Below are positions 13,701 through 25,042 of a stretch of DNA of 64,000 nt, in pieces; the first letter of the stretch is position 1, and each line of letters opens with the position of its first letter. The position numbers and the translations under genes are program-made. The DNA is from Balanoglossus misakiensis (lineage: Eukaryota; Animalia; Hemichordata), in contig CM082579.2 of NCBI GenBank assembly GCA_040954595.2, positions 13,393,834-13,457,833 of the forward strand, read 5' to 3'. The notes under the pieces were generated by a model. That model was not told where the DNA came from and did no database searches. It saw nothing but the letters and a program-made list of their open reading frames with translations.

Positions 13701-14175
13701 GCTGCAGACGTTGTTCTGTGAAGTTGAAGCCATTATCAACAGTCGCCCCATCACCAAGCTATCTGATGATCCGAATGATCTTGAAGTTCTCACACCGAAT
13801 CATCTACTGATGTTGCAGCCCACACAGAATCTACCACCTGGTATATTTTGCAAGAACGACAACTACGCTCGTCGCAGGTGGCGCCAAGTACAGTACCTGG
13901 CAGACATATTTTGGAAGAGATGGGTTAAAGAATATCTCCCCCTGCTGCAGGAAAGGCAGAAGTGGCTCAAACCCAGGAGAAATCTCACCGTGGGGGACGT
14001 GGTCTTGATTGTGGACAACTCTGCACCAAGAAATTCCTGGCCCCTAGGAGTGGTCATCGATGTGAAAAGAGACAAGAAGGGATTTGTGCGTGTTGCAACG
14101 GTGAAGACCAAAACATCGACCCTGGATCGACCAGTGGACAAATTGTGTGTGCTGTTGGAAGCTGATGTGGTATAG
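10703..14175 (+). mobile_element. BEL/Pao LTR retrotransposon pol (RT, RNase H, integrase), 5'-truncated, 2 stops and 1 frameshift
   Basis: WYIPHHGV, KIRVVFDCS, ADIEAMFHQV, NFYVDDCLKS (RT); SDAS..GYG, TIPRLELMAA, NPADDASRG (RNase H); GVDYFGP, RSDNGTNF, GGIWER, RW..EYLPLLQER (integrase). Stops at 12035-12037 and 12997-12999, frameshift near 12250. Confidence 0.95.
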
Positions 14176-14299
14176 AAACGACTGAAAAGTGGACACATGC
14201 AGCTAAGTGGCAATGACAATATATGTTTGACAATTTTTGGACCTATTACTAGTTTGGTAATTGCTCAGAAAGCATTTCCTTACAATTAGGGGACCGGAA

Positions 14300-15250
14300 T
14301 GTTACGGCCAAAAATATTTAGCTTATAGTAGCAGTTTTATTGCTATGGTTTCTGTTTGACTTAAATTTGCTTAGTACCGACACTTAGGTCAAGGCACTTG
14401 TATGACTGTGACTCATACTTCCTGTCAAGGGCATTACCCCCATTACGTAATACCATATCAAAGTTCAACTTCAGTCAAGTGTAAGTATTAGGTTTCAGAA
14501 GCACATGGGTTTTCAAAGAGCAAGCATTGTGCTGAAGAGAGAGTGTCGGTTTTGTGCTTCTAACACACTCAAAAGGGGACGGACCAGTCCATGAATTGTA
14601 TTGTTTTGATGGGCTAACAGCCAGGAGGTCACATAATTCTGGTAAGCCTATTTTCGAGCCAAAATATTCTGTAGAAATCAAGTTTTATTCGTGGACTGTG
14701 AGTACCACACAAGTTGGCCATTCTCTCCTGGCAGAGATGGCATGTGGCAATTTTCAAATCAGTTTTACACATCATATTTCATACCAAGAGACTTTCCACG
14801 GACTCTGATTTAGACAGTTCATCGGACACAAGTTGCTTTTTGACTTCAGTGATGTATTTTATAGATTTAGAGTTTCTTCTGTTTGAAAGTGCTTTATGCA
14901 TAATTAATTAGGCTTTGGAATGCAAAGTACTTTAGAAGGGGCAAGTGCATGCTTCTTGCCTCTAGAGGGCGCCATACATAAGAGGCCATGGTTCAAGGTG
15001 GTAAACTTGACCTTTGAACCCTCGAGTTGTGTAACAGTGACAAATACTTATGTAGTGTATTATTTTATTTTATTTTCAGTCAATCGTTCTACGTTCCACG
15101 TCTTTAAGTTTACCGTTCCACGTCTATGTATAGTGTCGAATAAACCCCGTGACAAAGAATTTGACACTAGCAGTGATTTGTTAAAGAGGGACGCATTGCG
15201 GGAGATCTACCCTGACTGTTTACCCCAAGCAGTGCGCAGCAGACTATATA
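14300..15250 (+). repeat. BEL/Pao 3' LTR
   Basis: Purine tract TTAGGGGACCGGAA immediately followed by TGTTAC at 14300. AATAAA near 15139. The sequence ends abruptly at the satellite, so the exact 3' end is uncertain. Confidence 0.7.
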
Positions 15251-17570
15251 CTTTCGCTCCTTGGTTGGTCATTCGGACGGAAAGACACGGTTTTAGCGAG
15301 TTTATCTTTCTCTCTCCTGAGCACTCCGTATTCAGACTTGCCAAAGTGAAGCGCGACAAAAATATGACCATGTTTCCCTGCATGTTTTATTTACCCGACA
15401 GATAAAAACGCAGCGTTGATATTGAAATGAATTGGCTTTATGAAAATGATAAAAATTACAATAATAATGTCGTTAAAAATTCTCACAAAAAAAAAGAAAT
15501 AAAAAAGTGGTCTCGAACCAACATCAGTTGACACCTTCAGGTAAAAGGGTAGCCTTCCTGAACCATTCGCCATCACGATGTGTACTCGAAAAAGTCGGAA
15601 ATTTTCCGCACTATATTGCAGCATAACTCCAATGATCTTATTTGCACCGCAGCGGTGCAAATAAGAGTTACCTGCACCACAACGATCTGACCGTTCTTTA
15701 GTCACTCCTCGGCGACAAAAACGTTTTATTACGGCCTAAATAACGACTTTTTCGTTCCTTGGTTGGTCATTCGGACGGAAAGACACGGTTTTAGCGAGTT
15801 TATCTTTCTCTCTCCTGAGCACTCCGTATTCAGACATGCCCAAGTGAAGCGCGACAAAAATATGACCATGTTTCCCTGCATATTTTATTTACCTGACAGA
15901 TAAAAACGCAGCGTTGATATTGAAATGAATTGGCTTTATGAAAATGATAAAAATTACACTGATAATGTCGTTAAAAATTCTCACAAAAAAAAGAAATAAA
16001 AAAGTGGTCTCGAACCAACATCAGTTGACACCTTCAGGTAAAAGGGTAGCCTTCCTGAACCATTCGCCATCACGATGTGTACTCGAAAAAGTCGGAAATT
16101 TTCCGCACTATATTGCAGCATGACTCCAATGATCTTATTTGCACCGCAGCGGTGCAAATAAGAGTTCCCTGCACCGCAGCGGTGCAAATAAGAGTTACCT
16201 GCACCGCAACGATCTGACTGTTCTTTATTCTCTCCTCGGCGACAAAAACGTTTTATTACGGCCTAAATAACGACTTATTCGCTCCTTGGTTGGTCATTCG
16301 GACGGAAAGACATAATTTTAGCGAGTTTATCTTTCTCTCTCCTGAGCACTCCGTATTCAGACTTGCCAAAGTGAAGCGCGACAAAAATATGACCATGTTT
16401 CCCTGCATGTTTTATTTACCCGACAGATAAAAACGCAGCGTTGATATTGAAATGAATTGGCTTTATGAAAATGATAAAAATTACAATAATAATGTCGTTA
16501 AAAATTCTCACAAAAAAAATAAAAATAAAAAAGTGGTCTCGAACCAACATCAGTTGACACCTTCAGGTAAAAGGGTAGCCTTCCTGAACCATTCGCCATC
16601 ACGATGCGTACTCGAAAAAGTCGGAAATTTTCCGCACTATATTGCAGCATAACTCCAATGATCTTATTTGCACCGCAGCGGTGCAAATAAGAGTTCCCTG
16701 CACCGCAACGTTCTGACCGTTCTTTATTCACTCCTCGGCGACAAAAGCGTTTTATTACAGCCTAAATAACGACTTTTTCGCTCCTTGGTTGGTCATGCGG
16801 ACGGAAAGACACAGTTTTAGCGAGTTTATCTTTCTCTCTCCTGAGCACTCCGTATTCAGACTTGCCAAAGTGAACCGTGACAAAAATATGACCATGTTTC
16901 CCTGCATGTTTCTTTTACCCGACAGATAAAAAACGCAGCGTTGATATTGAAATGAATTGGCTTTATGAAAATGATAAAAATTACACTGATAATGTCGTTA
17001 AAAATTCTCACAAAAAAAAATAGAAAAAAAAGTGGTCTCGAACCAACATCAGTAAAAGGCTAGCCTTCCTGAACCATTCGGCATTACGATGTGTACTCGA
17101 AAAAGTCGGAAATTTTCCGCACTATATTGCAGCATAACTCCAATGATCTAATTTGCACCGCAGCGGTGCAAAATAAGAGTCCCCTGCACCGCAACGATCT
17201 GACCGTTCTTTATTCACTCCTCGGCGTCAAAAACGTTTTATTACGGCCTAAATAATGACTTTTTCGTTCCTTGGTTGGTCATTCGGTCGGCAAGACACGG
17301 TTTTAGCGAGTTTATCTTTCTCTCTTCTGAGCACTCCGTATTCAGACTTGCCCAAGTGAACTGCGACAAAAAATGACCAAGTTTCCGTGCATATTTCTTA
17401 TACCCGACAGATAAAAAACGCAGCGTAGATATTGAAATGAATTGGATTTATGAAAATGATAAAAATTAAAATGATAATGTCGTTAAACAATCTCACAAAA
17501 AAAAAGAAATAGAATAAAAAGTGGTCTCGAACCAACATCAGTTGACACCTTCAGGTAAAAGGCTAGCCTT
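15251..17570 (+). repeat. Tandem satellite array, ~4.6 copies of a 486-527-bp monomer
   Basis: Monomer starts (TTCGC/TTCCTTGGTTGGTC) at ~15253, 15751, 16278, 16777 and 17263. Each full unit contains the palindrome TCTTATTTGCACCGC-A-GCGGTGCAAATAAGA or a near variant. Confidence 0.97.
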
Positions 17571-19519
17571 ACTTTTGTTTTATCTTTTATTAAAAAGGAC
17601 AGGCCCACTGGCTTGCCCTGTTAAAAGTAGATTGTACATTACAAGTAGCTTGTAATTACAGTGAAAGATTCATATTAAATAAATTCCATAAATTTTCAAC
17701 ATGTTACACTACTATTGCAAATCATTACAATATTGATGAAAAAACATTCACCAGAATGAATGCATGTGTAATCAAATCATTCAACATAAACAATCTTTAA
17801 ATTCACAATATTGCATTACAGTATTCCATCATTTATGTAAGTCCTATACTCCAATCTGTCATGGAATTGTGACATACAATTTAATTACAGGAACAATTAC
17901 CAGTAAAAAAGATGGTATGTAACACCAGAGGGCGCCAGGTTCAACTGAAGGTGACAACATAGACAAAAAGACTGTTTAAAAATTTAAGGTAAAGTCAAAA
18001 TCTTTTACCGTTACAAGTACATTGTTTTGTGCAAAGATGCTTTCAAATAGCGCAACATCATCACTTGCTTTGCACCTGTTATATTCAAAAGTGATTTTCT
18101 GTTTTAATTTGTACTTAAAGAACTTGATCAAGTCGATTTTCCGAGTACAACGCTTGTATGCTAATCTTCTACTATGAATTGTATAACGTGAAAGTGACAA
18201 TAAAATATTGATCAGCGTGTACTCGTACTTGTCATCATTGACAGGATAACCAAATAACATCATTAGAATTCTATATGTTGGGTTAAACTTATTTTCATTA
18301 CTGGCACTGTAGATATACTCAAAAACAAGTTGCCACAAGGATTGAACTGCCTGGCAGCACACAAACAAATGATACACGTCTTCGAGAAAAAATGTGCAGA
18401 AGTCACAAGTCGGACTGAGGATTTTGCCTGCTTTATAAAGACGAAGATTACTAAAAACAGCGTTGTGACAAATGAGATAATCCAGATCACCCAGGTAATT
18501 ATCCTTGAAATGTGTGTAAACGATTGGCCAAACTTTACTAAAATCAAAGTTTGGCAGGTGGAAGAGCCAATACTGAACACCCGTGGGCACTGTTTTTCTC
18601 AGATGCCGAGCTATTGTAGTAATGTGTCTAACCTTAAGAGAATGGAAAGGAACACGTTGATCATGAGCATTAACAATAAAAAGAGACGGGTTTTTGTCCA
18701 CTTTGTTATAATCTTTGTAATTACCCTGCAGAATATCATGCCACTTTTGAGGAATTGAATTGAGGATAATATGGTACAGCTTCTCAACAGTATTGCTTGT
18801 GGGAGTGTCAGGATGGGCCAATGAAACCACGTCACCAATTGCATCAACAGGTAGGAACCCAGGAATGACCATTGTATAACAAATCACTGATTTTGACAAT
18901 GCCAGCTGAACTGAAAAGCTTTATAATCGGCAGGGGGCGCCCTTCAACACTTGTAATGAATGGGTTATGAAAAATGGGTTCATTGATAATTTCATCGTAG
19001 GAAACTGGTTGTGCACGAAAATATTTGAAAAGATGCGACCAAGACTGAAACAATTCCCTGTAGAATGTAAAACACTGACGTAAGTTGGTAGGATAAAGTA
19101 ACATTTTAAAAGTGTCAACACCACAATTGAGATCGAAATACTTATTTAAGTTGTAGGTGAAAAACAGCTTGAATTTGTGAACATAATCTTTATCCAGCAA
19201 TTTACACAACCACTTGAGACGAAGTGCATGCACTTTGTCTTGAATATTTGTGACTTTAAGTCCCCCAACTTGAATGTCGGAAGTGATGATATCATATTTC
19301 ACCTCATTCAAAATTTGTATGTGTTGCTGAGGCAACGAAACAACAGATGCTCGGTACCACAGAGTAGACGTAACAAGGGAGTTGATAATGAGGGTTTTCC
19401 CTTTGTAGGACAATTTACGAAATGACCAAGATTTCAGAATTCTACAGATTTTTGGAATGCGCTGAGCCCAATTGAAATCATCAGCAACTGATTTTTCATG
19501 ACTCAACATGACACCAAGA
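17571..19519 (-). mobile_element. Tx1/L1-clade LINE ORF2 3' portion with 3' UTR and decayed A-rich tail, 5'-truncated
   Basis: WSFRKLSYKGKTLIINSLVTSTLWY, GGL and the C-terminal CxxC..EDxxHLFxxC..LW zinc finger. Frameshift near 18850-18900. Minus-strand AATAAAAGATAAAACAAAA at 17573-17591. Confidence 0.88.
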
Positions 19520-19692
19520 TGATGTCTTTAAAAGTTCTCAAGAAAAAAAAGAAATATGAAAAAAGTGGTCTCGAACCAACATCAGTTGACACCTTCAGGT
19601 AAAAGGCCAGCCTTCCTGAACCATTCGCCATCACGGTGTGTACTCGAAAAAGTCAGAAATTTCCCGCACTATATTGCAGCATAACTCCAATG
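19520..19692 (+). repeat. Partial satellite monomer between two LINEs
   Basis: Matches the monomer from GATGTC..AAAAGTTCTC to ATAACTCCAATGA. Confidence 0.9.
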
Positions 19693-21865
19693 AAGTAAAC
19701 AAATAAACACAGGTCAGTTGAATGTTCTCGCTTGAAACCAAATTGTAAATAATGAGAGGTAAGAAACTCCTCACAACGAGAAAGTAAAATATGCTCAAAA
19801 ACTTAAGAGAAAACAGTTGCTAGTGCTATCGGCCGGTAGTTACTGGCATCACTACAAAGCTTAGTTTTATCCTTAATAATTGGAACTAAAATAACTTTGA
19901 TAGCCTCAGTTGGCAGGTAACCATGAACAATCATAGGATTAATACTACAAGTCAAAATGGGTAAAATAGAGGAGTCTGAGAATTTGAGGTGCTCAGCTGA
20001 AATATTGTCAATGCCAGCTGTCTTGTCGTCAGGTAACTTATGTATAGCAGAAATTACTTCGTCTTCAGAAACATACATATCAGAAGAATAGTTAACATAC
20101 TTCATTTTCTCCTCGATGTCATTTTTACCAGTCTGAGCCTGGACAGAATTCAAAATATCACTGAAATGCTTGTGCCACATAATTGCAATTTCACTCTCAC
20201 CAGTTGCTCCACCTACAGTGTTTTTCTGCTAGTTTGCTTTCTGACTTCCTTCCAGAAGTCGTTCTGTTTGTGGCAGCGTAAATTGTCAGCCATCTTGTCA
20301 GCCCTATTTTGAATCTCAATCTTTTTACAAGCACGTAAAGCATACTTAAAACGAGCTCTGGAAGATTTCATGGTTTCAAAAAGCGGGCCTTGTTTAGGTT
20401 TACCCCCATTAACCCATAATAAAAACATGGAACGGGCATAGTCGTGACTTTCTTTTACAAAATCGTTCCAGCCAGGTACAACATGAACTTTCTGGTGAAA
20501 CTTACGCCTAATGGTATCTTTTGCAGCACAATTCAATGCATCCACAATACTACTATAACAAGTATCAATTGCCTGTAAATGCGAAGGGTCTGTACAGTTC
20601 ACACTTGTGCAGAATAACTCTTCGGATAAATTAATCTTATCAATCTTGGCTTTGGTACAACGGGTGTAGGCGGATATATTCTGCTGTGACAATTTTTTCC
20701 AATCAACTCGAAAATTACATTGCTTGAAGGAACTACTCCTGAAGCTTTCATCAGCAGAAGTGTTGAAATGAACCTCTATTGAAACAGGAATATGGTCGGA
20801 GTCAACAACATTGCAAAGACTCGAAATTGAAAGAACATTGCTATGAGAAACTTCAGTGGTAACACAGTGGTCAATCCATGAAGTACTGCCATGAGCATCG
20901 CTAATCTAAGTAAACGTACCAGAATCTCTGCCTAGCAGCTCAACATCAGAAACGATGTAACCAAATTGCTCACAATGCTCCATCAACTCACGACCAAAGC
21001 CTGTATCAGTAGTTACATCAGCATTCCAGTCACCAATAAAAAAGACATTCCCAGTGTTAATATCAGAAACAATGGAATTGATTTTCGCCAAGTACTCACT
21101 GAACACTTCAAAATTATCATTAGTATTGGTGGGCAAATAACAGTTTACAATAACAAGTTTGTCAGTATCATTTTCTAAAACTAAACCAAGCAAGCGACTA
21201 TTAGCAAACTCAACAATACTGGCAAGTTTGCCAAGCGATCTACGCCAAAGAATTGCAACCCCCCCCCGTACGGTCTACCAATACGGAGTTCAGACGAATC
21301 AAAAGCAGATACTCCGAATGACATAAAATCCGGATGTATGTCATGTAAAATTGACATCTCTTCCTTAGCAAGCCAGTGTTCTTGTAAAAGACAAATATCA
21401 TGGGTTTCACACAATTCATACACAGAATGAAAGCTTGATTTCACAGAGCGACAGTTAAATGACACAATCCGTAAACTATTTTTGCGTTCTGTCATGGCGT
21501 CTGAGATTTATAGTATTTTCTTACAAGAGTATCCTGAGGCCAATTTACAGGATCAAGGGCAACTCTAATGTCTACATCAGATAATTCAACCATAAAAGAA
21601 GCATACGTATCATACTTTGTTTTCAGTTTTGTACAGTTCACACCTACATCAAATTTGTTCGCAGCATAGCGCTCAACATTTTCACATGTTGTTGCTGGAT
21701 TCAGCCGGGACACGAAAAGTGTACATACACGCCGCGGTCTTGCGCCTTGAAGGCCAGCTGTAGTACTCAGCGCAGTTCCAATCACAGGCTGGGTTCTCTT
21801 AAGAGGGATCTGGGGGTGAAAGGCTTGACAGAGCCTTTTGCTGAGGATCTAGACAGGGATTCAAG
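19693..21865 (-). mobile_element. RTE-X-like LINE: ORF1 C-terminus, AP endonuclease and first part of RT; degenerate, both ends truncated
   Basis: ORF1 has LFVSRL..YASF..WPQDTLVRKYY and overlaps ORF2 at ATGA (21492-21495). ORF2 has SFNCRS, LQEHWL, GRPYGG, GDWNAD, WIDHC, SDH (APE), PGWN..W...GKPKQG, NYRPIAL and QFGFK. It is cut by the satellite before the YADD motif. Confidence 0.82.
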
Positions 21866-22189
21866 ACTGAGAAAAAAACCCAGAAAAGGCCCTCTGCTAT
21901 AAACATGTTTTTGTGGTCCATGTGTGTCACTAGTGTGGGTATAGCCCTGACATTGTTCCTAAATCACCAGTGGCAATATTGTGGCGTTGATGAGTTTTTT
22001 TTCGATCACTATAGCCGAGATGGTTTGGCCAGGCAAGGCTAGACTTGGCCTGGGTTTCGCGGTTTCCCTATGTATGATCAGCCATGCACACATCTACATA
22101 CTGGTATGTGTGTCACTAAGATATATGCACAATTTCATTTGAATAAATGTCTCAAAACATAAGTATTTTTCCCCATTGTTTATTCACAG

Positions 22190-23566
22190 ATGTTCCAAAT
22201 CGAGAGTACCCTACCAGATTCAGATGACGTCATTGTTCTTGATCCCCAATGGTTATGTTCTAGAATATTCGGTCCCATGCTGGCTCCTGAAATATTTGAG
22301 CAGTTTGCAAACCGCTTGCCGCGGAAGTCCTTACATATGAGAAGCGAAATTGAGGAAGTTTTCCATGGTCTGGCAGATATTGATTTGCTGATAAATCTTC
22401 TCAAAGAGTTTGCCCTTCTCTACGAGGTCATTTCTGAATCCAATACTGTAACTGGGTATGTAATACCTGAGTTGTTGGACACAGATATGCCTGCAAATCA
22501 GTGGAAACAGGATGCTACTAAGAAGATTTACAATGGTAGACGGTTCCAATGCAGAGATGATGCTGATAGTTTCTCGCCAGGATTTTCCCCCCGACTTAAC
22601 GCCCGAATAGAACGCCATTTCCGAAAGATCAACCGACGGACAAGTGGTATATGGAAAAATGGCATCAAAGTGTGTCACAATGCAGAAGGCTTGGTGTATA
22701 TGACAAAAGGTTGGAGAGCTATCCATGTTTGTGTTAGAGCAGAGAAAGAAGAGGAAATCGGCGAATGCTACAAATTATTAGAGACAATAACTGATATTGT
22801 CTATGAAGTGTTAGAGATCTGCTGTCCTGGTACAAGACTTGACATCCACGTGTTGAGTTCAGATTCTCTTCGAATCCATCGCAACCCTGAAGATGTCACA
22901 TTCTATACATTGAAGCAAATTCGGGAAGCAGAAGAGAGGAATGAGAAGGTGTACAACGAGGAGATGGTGATTTCAGAAGTAGCTACTGACTTTCTTTGTG
23001 CTGGGTATGATACAACCATCCTCTGACACAGTGGATATGAAAGTGATGTCAAGTGGATGCTGAAGGATGCCCTCAAGATATTTTCTAATATCATGGATAT
23101 CATCCGTTTATCCGGCAATGACTACAGGGCTATGGCAGACTTGATGGGGATCCCTCGCATGGAGGTGGATTCATGGCAATACAGTGCATTGATTCAATCC
23201 CCAACACAACATGCTTTATCTGTTTGGTCCAAGGGCTGTGGAGCACAACAACGTGCAGGCCAACAGCCAACTGCAGATAAGAAATTCTGTAAGAGCAATT
23301 TTTCCAACCTGGTTAAAATTTTTGAGCAAGAAAGTTGTGATGTCTACGCTGCCAGAGAAGAAATACATGAGATGTTCCGAAAACTTGGTGTGTCAGCTGA
23401 TCATCATGATGTTGAAGGTGACATGGCTAATCTACATCTTAAGATGATGACATCAACATCTCTGAAGCAGACCATTGTGACGTCAGTATATCAATTTCTG
23501 ATTAGTATGGCAAACGATGGCAGTATTTCCATGGAACTTGTTGCAATGTCTGAGAAATTTAACTGA
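22190..23566 (+). pseudogene. Terminal exon of a Roco/DAPK1-like gene: COR domain + death domain, one in-frame TGA
   Basis: Pyrimidine-rich acceptor ..TTATTCACAG ends at 22189. VLDPQWLCSRIFG, YVIPELL, GRRFQC..FSPGF.PRL and IWKNGI are COR-like. TGA at 23024-23026 is in frame with 23057-23566, which has DYRAMADLMG..SPTQHALSVW (death-domain-like). No upstream Roc exons are visible. Confidence 0.75.
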
Positions 23567-24844
23567 GTAACGTAATGTGTGTGTGCAAGGAAAAGGTTCC
23601 GTACACACATACTGTTATAAGCCCTGCAGAGAAATCAAAGCCAATACACCAAACCACCCTCCACCATTACTGTCTTCTCAATAACCAGGCTGTACAACGA
23701 GGAGATGGTGATTGCAGAAACAGCTACCAACAGGTGACACAACTAAAGATAAATGAATGGAATCTGTGACATAGATCTAGCATGAGATAACAGAAAGTGA
23801 ATTACCCAAATACAGTACAAGACCATCCTGCAGATACTGACCTATTTGAAGTGCATGTAATGGTTAATTACAAATTAAATCACTCTAAGGAACATGATGT
23901 CATGTCAGCTTCACAGGATGGAGACACATGCAAATAAAGTGAGTCAATTACAATTATGAGAAAGTGACAACTAAGAAATTGTCATGTTGAGTTTACAAAC
24001 TGCAGCTAATGACATCAATGACCATTATAGCAAAATAAAGTTGATTTTTTAAAAATTCTAGTGATTTTTGTGATTTGTTGCAACATTTTTTATTCAAATT
24101 ATTGTTTTCACCAAAAAGCTGTACAGTAATATTTTTAATCCTGATCATCAATATCTTCAGTAGAAACATTACTTTTGTTTGTTGACAGATTTAGGAAATT
24201 CACTCTATGTTTTGCAGATGTTCATTTTGAGCCAAAAAGCTGAAACATACATATCCTGTCAGTATACAATGTCTCTGATTTGTAAAGCCAAATAAGTTTG
24301 TAAAGAGTTAGTTTGTTTCAAATTGCACTAACAATAATTCCAATAAGTTTAAGCAGAAATCTGAAACACTTGTTAAGAACATGTTCACAATGATTTTGTG
24401 TAATGTTCTGGACTTCAGTTTTGATGTGTACTATTTCCCAAAAGCAAATGACTAACCAAGAATATGCAATTTAAGAGAGGTTGTCATACACTTCTTGCTT
24501 TCAATTACATTGAACACACTCTCAACATCTTTTTTCTGTGTACACAAGTTGTCACTTCAAGATCATTCATATTAGGATTGAGAAACTATTTTCTTAATTT
24601 TGAATTATAAACTAATACAGACATCACCATTCACATTTTGCAGACATGCTATTTAGGTGGTCGACATATCTTTATATTTTTAGTATTAAAATGTGGGAAG
24701 AGTCACTTTGAAAACAGAAAAAAATTTGCTTTCTCAAAAATAAAAATACTTCAAATTTTCTCAATACACATTGAATGGTGGCCATCTTGATTTTAAAATT
24801 TGAATCAGTTTCGCTTTATCATTCAAAATTATGCCTGTTTAAAG

Positions 24845-25042
24845 GATATAAGAGTAAAAATCTCGCCAAAATGAATAAACGGTAGAGACCGATTATTCAT
24901 TTTGACGAGTGTTTTACTCTCGTGTCTACAAGTGGGATGGAAGTTGTGGGTGGTCGAACGTTGATTCACTATATATCCACAGTCTTGTATCAAACATAAT
25001 TAACAGAAAAATGGCAGCAAGAGAGAGATTTTGTCCCTTTAA
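24845..25042. mobile_element. Partial palindromic MITE, TTAA/AGGGAC termini (Kolobok-type MITE family)
   Basis: Shares the central hairpin AAAATGAATAA..TTATTCATTTTG and the end TTTGTCCCTTTAA with copies at 34248 and 42989. Confidence 0.6.

Noticed and set aside
15251-17570. Satellite as a tandem tRNA, 5S or snRNA gene cluster, and its short ORFs as genes
   Set aside because: No cloverleaf, A/B boxes or recognisable RNA gene was found. The ORFs vary by indels between units.
1-21865. Uni-strand (flamenco-like) piRNA cluster
   Set aside because: TE fragments lie on both strands with no clear bias.
23024-23026. Selenocysteine codon
   Set aside because: No SECIS element was recognised and COR/death proteins are not known selenoproteins. 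CGA-to-TGA mutation is simpler.
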